Positions 63,491 through 64,000 of a stretch of DNA of 64,000 nucleotides are shown in pieces. The stretch lies in IMG/VR virus record IMGVR_UViG_3300042507_004023; one strand, 5' to 3'. The stretch is from a virus. The position numbers and the translations under genes are program-made. The notes beneath the pieces are model-generated. The model made no database searches. It was not told the DNA's origin and was given only the letters and a program-made list of their open reading frames with translations. Positions within the stretch are counted from its first letter, which is position 1. Each line of letters opens with the position of its first letter.

Positions 63491-63560
63491 TCAGATTGGG
63501 GGTCAGCGGTTCGCCGCTAGGATGGGGCTTCGACCCCATCCCCCCCAAGGGCCCATCTGA
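63491..63560 (+). other. Intergenic three-way-junction RNA structure
   Basis: TCAGAT-TGGGGG pairs with CCCCCA...ATCTGA and encloses GCGG-TTCG-CCGC and GGATGGGG-CTTCGA-CCCCATCC hairpins. Confidence 0.65.
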
Positions 63561-63569
63561 AAGGACACC

Positions 63570-63941
63570 ATGAAATCTCTTCCTGAACAGCCTCATATCG
63601 CACACAGCGTGGAACGCATGAATGCGTCTACCACCGGCAAACCGGTTCGCACCGTTTATCGCAATCGGCTTCGATTTCCGAACGGTTGGTCGGTTTCATG
63701 GGTTGCAGGAGTAACGAACCTTGACGCGCCAGCAGGCGTTTACTGCGAGCCGCTTGCACAGGAAAAGGAAAGTTACGGCAGTGGGGATATGCACCGCGCC
63801 GTGTTCGCCAAGGTGGAAGTGGCGATTCTGAATCCGCAAGACGATCTTGTGGAATTTAAATCAGGCGATACCGTGAAGGGATACTGTAGCCCCACGGAAC
63901 TGCTTGAAATCTTGAATTGGGCCTCGGCTCAGAAAGGTTGA
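63570..63941 (+). CDS. Hypothetical protein
   Basis: AAGGA SD; RLRFPNGWSVSWV...EVAIL pattern seen in phage hypotheticals. Confidence 0.65.
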   Translation: MKSLPEQPHIAHSVERMNASTTGKPVRTVYRNRLRFPNGWSVSWVAGVTNLDAPAGVYCEPLAQEKESYGSGDMHRAVFAKVEVAILNPQDDLVEFKSGDTVKGYCSPTELLEILNWASAQKG

Positions 63942-63944
63942 ACC

Positions 63945-64000
63945 ATGACGGAAGCAGAACTTAAAACGCGAATCCGGGACGCACAGCAGGAGTTGAAGTC
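63945..64000 (+). CDS. Start of an ORF truncated by the window edge
   Basis: AAGG SD then MTEAELKTRIRDAQQELK. Confidence 0.45.
   Translation, partial: MTEAELKTRIRDAQQELK

Noticed and set aside
59321-63560. tRNA or tmRNA genes among the structured intergenic elements
   Set aside because: No T-loop GTTCRANYC with a cloverleaf and acceptor stem, and no tmRNA-type ends were seen
1-64000. CRISPR array or mini-array
   Set aside because: No series of equal-length repeats with unique spacers; the repeats found are tandem duplications, terminators or coding leaders
1-64000. Alternative genetic code (stop-codon recoding)
   Set aside because: Core genes translate full-length in the standard code and end in TAA or TGA; no conserved gene is interrupted by in-frame stops

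Overview
A 64-kb segment of a large T4-like (Tevenvirinae/Kyanoviridae-type, probably uncultured) myovirus genome read in the standard genetic code. It carries the conserved T4-type core: baseplate and tail initiation genes (gp48, 4, 2, 54, 26, 51, tape measure), gp32/59/33, an exonuclease, UvdE, neck/terminase/tail/head genes (gp13-gp23), two gp3 paralogs, uvsY, uvsW, gp55 and gp47/gp46. From about 42 kb to 64 kb the window is mostly accessory genes. The strongest novel-system candidate is a late operon (52.9-57.8 kb) of translationally coupled genes sharing a T4 internal-protein-like capsid-targeting leader (MKSFKHHLxE). Three of these genes are diverged paralogs with an R-S-ExE ADP-ribosyltransferase signature, suggesting a battery of capsid-packaged, co-injected effectors. 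Other notable items: two PEP-CTERM-like (IPxPA..RRR) proteins hinting at a Planctomycetota/Phycisphaerae-type host; a perfectly phased T TTT TTT slippery site that could fuse gp26 to gp51; sigma70-like promoters with mostly 16-nt spacers sitting directly on start codons (leaderless); a CTAAATA late-promoter variant; two adhesin-like late cassettes with an identical terminator; and three structured intergenic RNA candidates. All calls come from motif recognition by eye; no database searches or folding programs were run.
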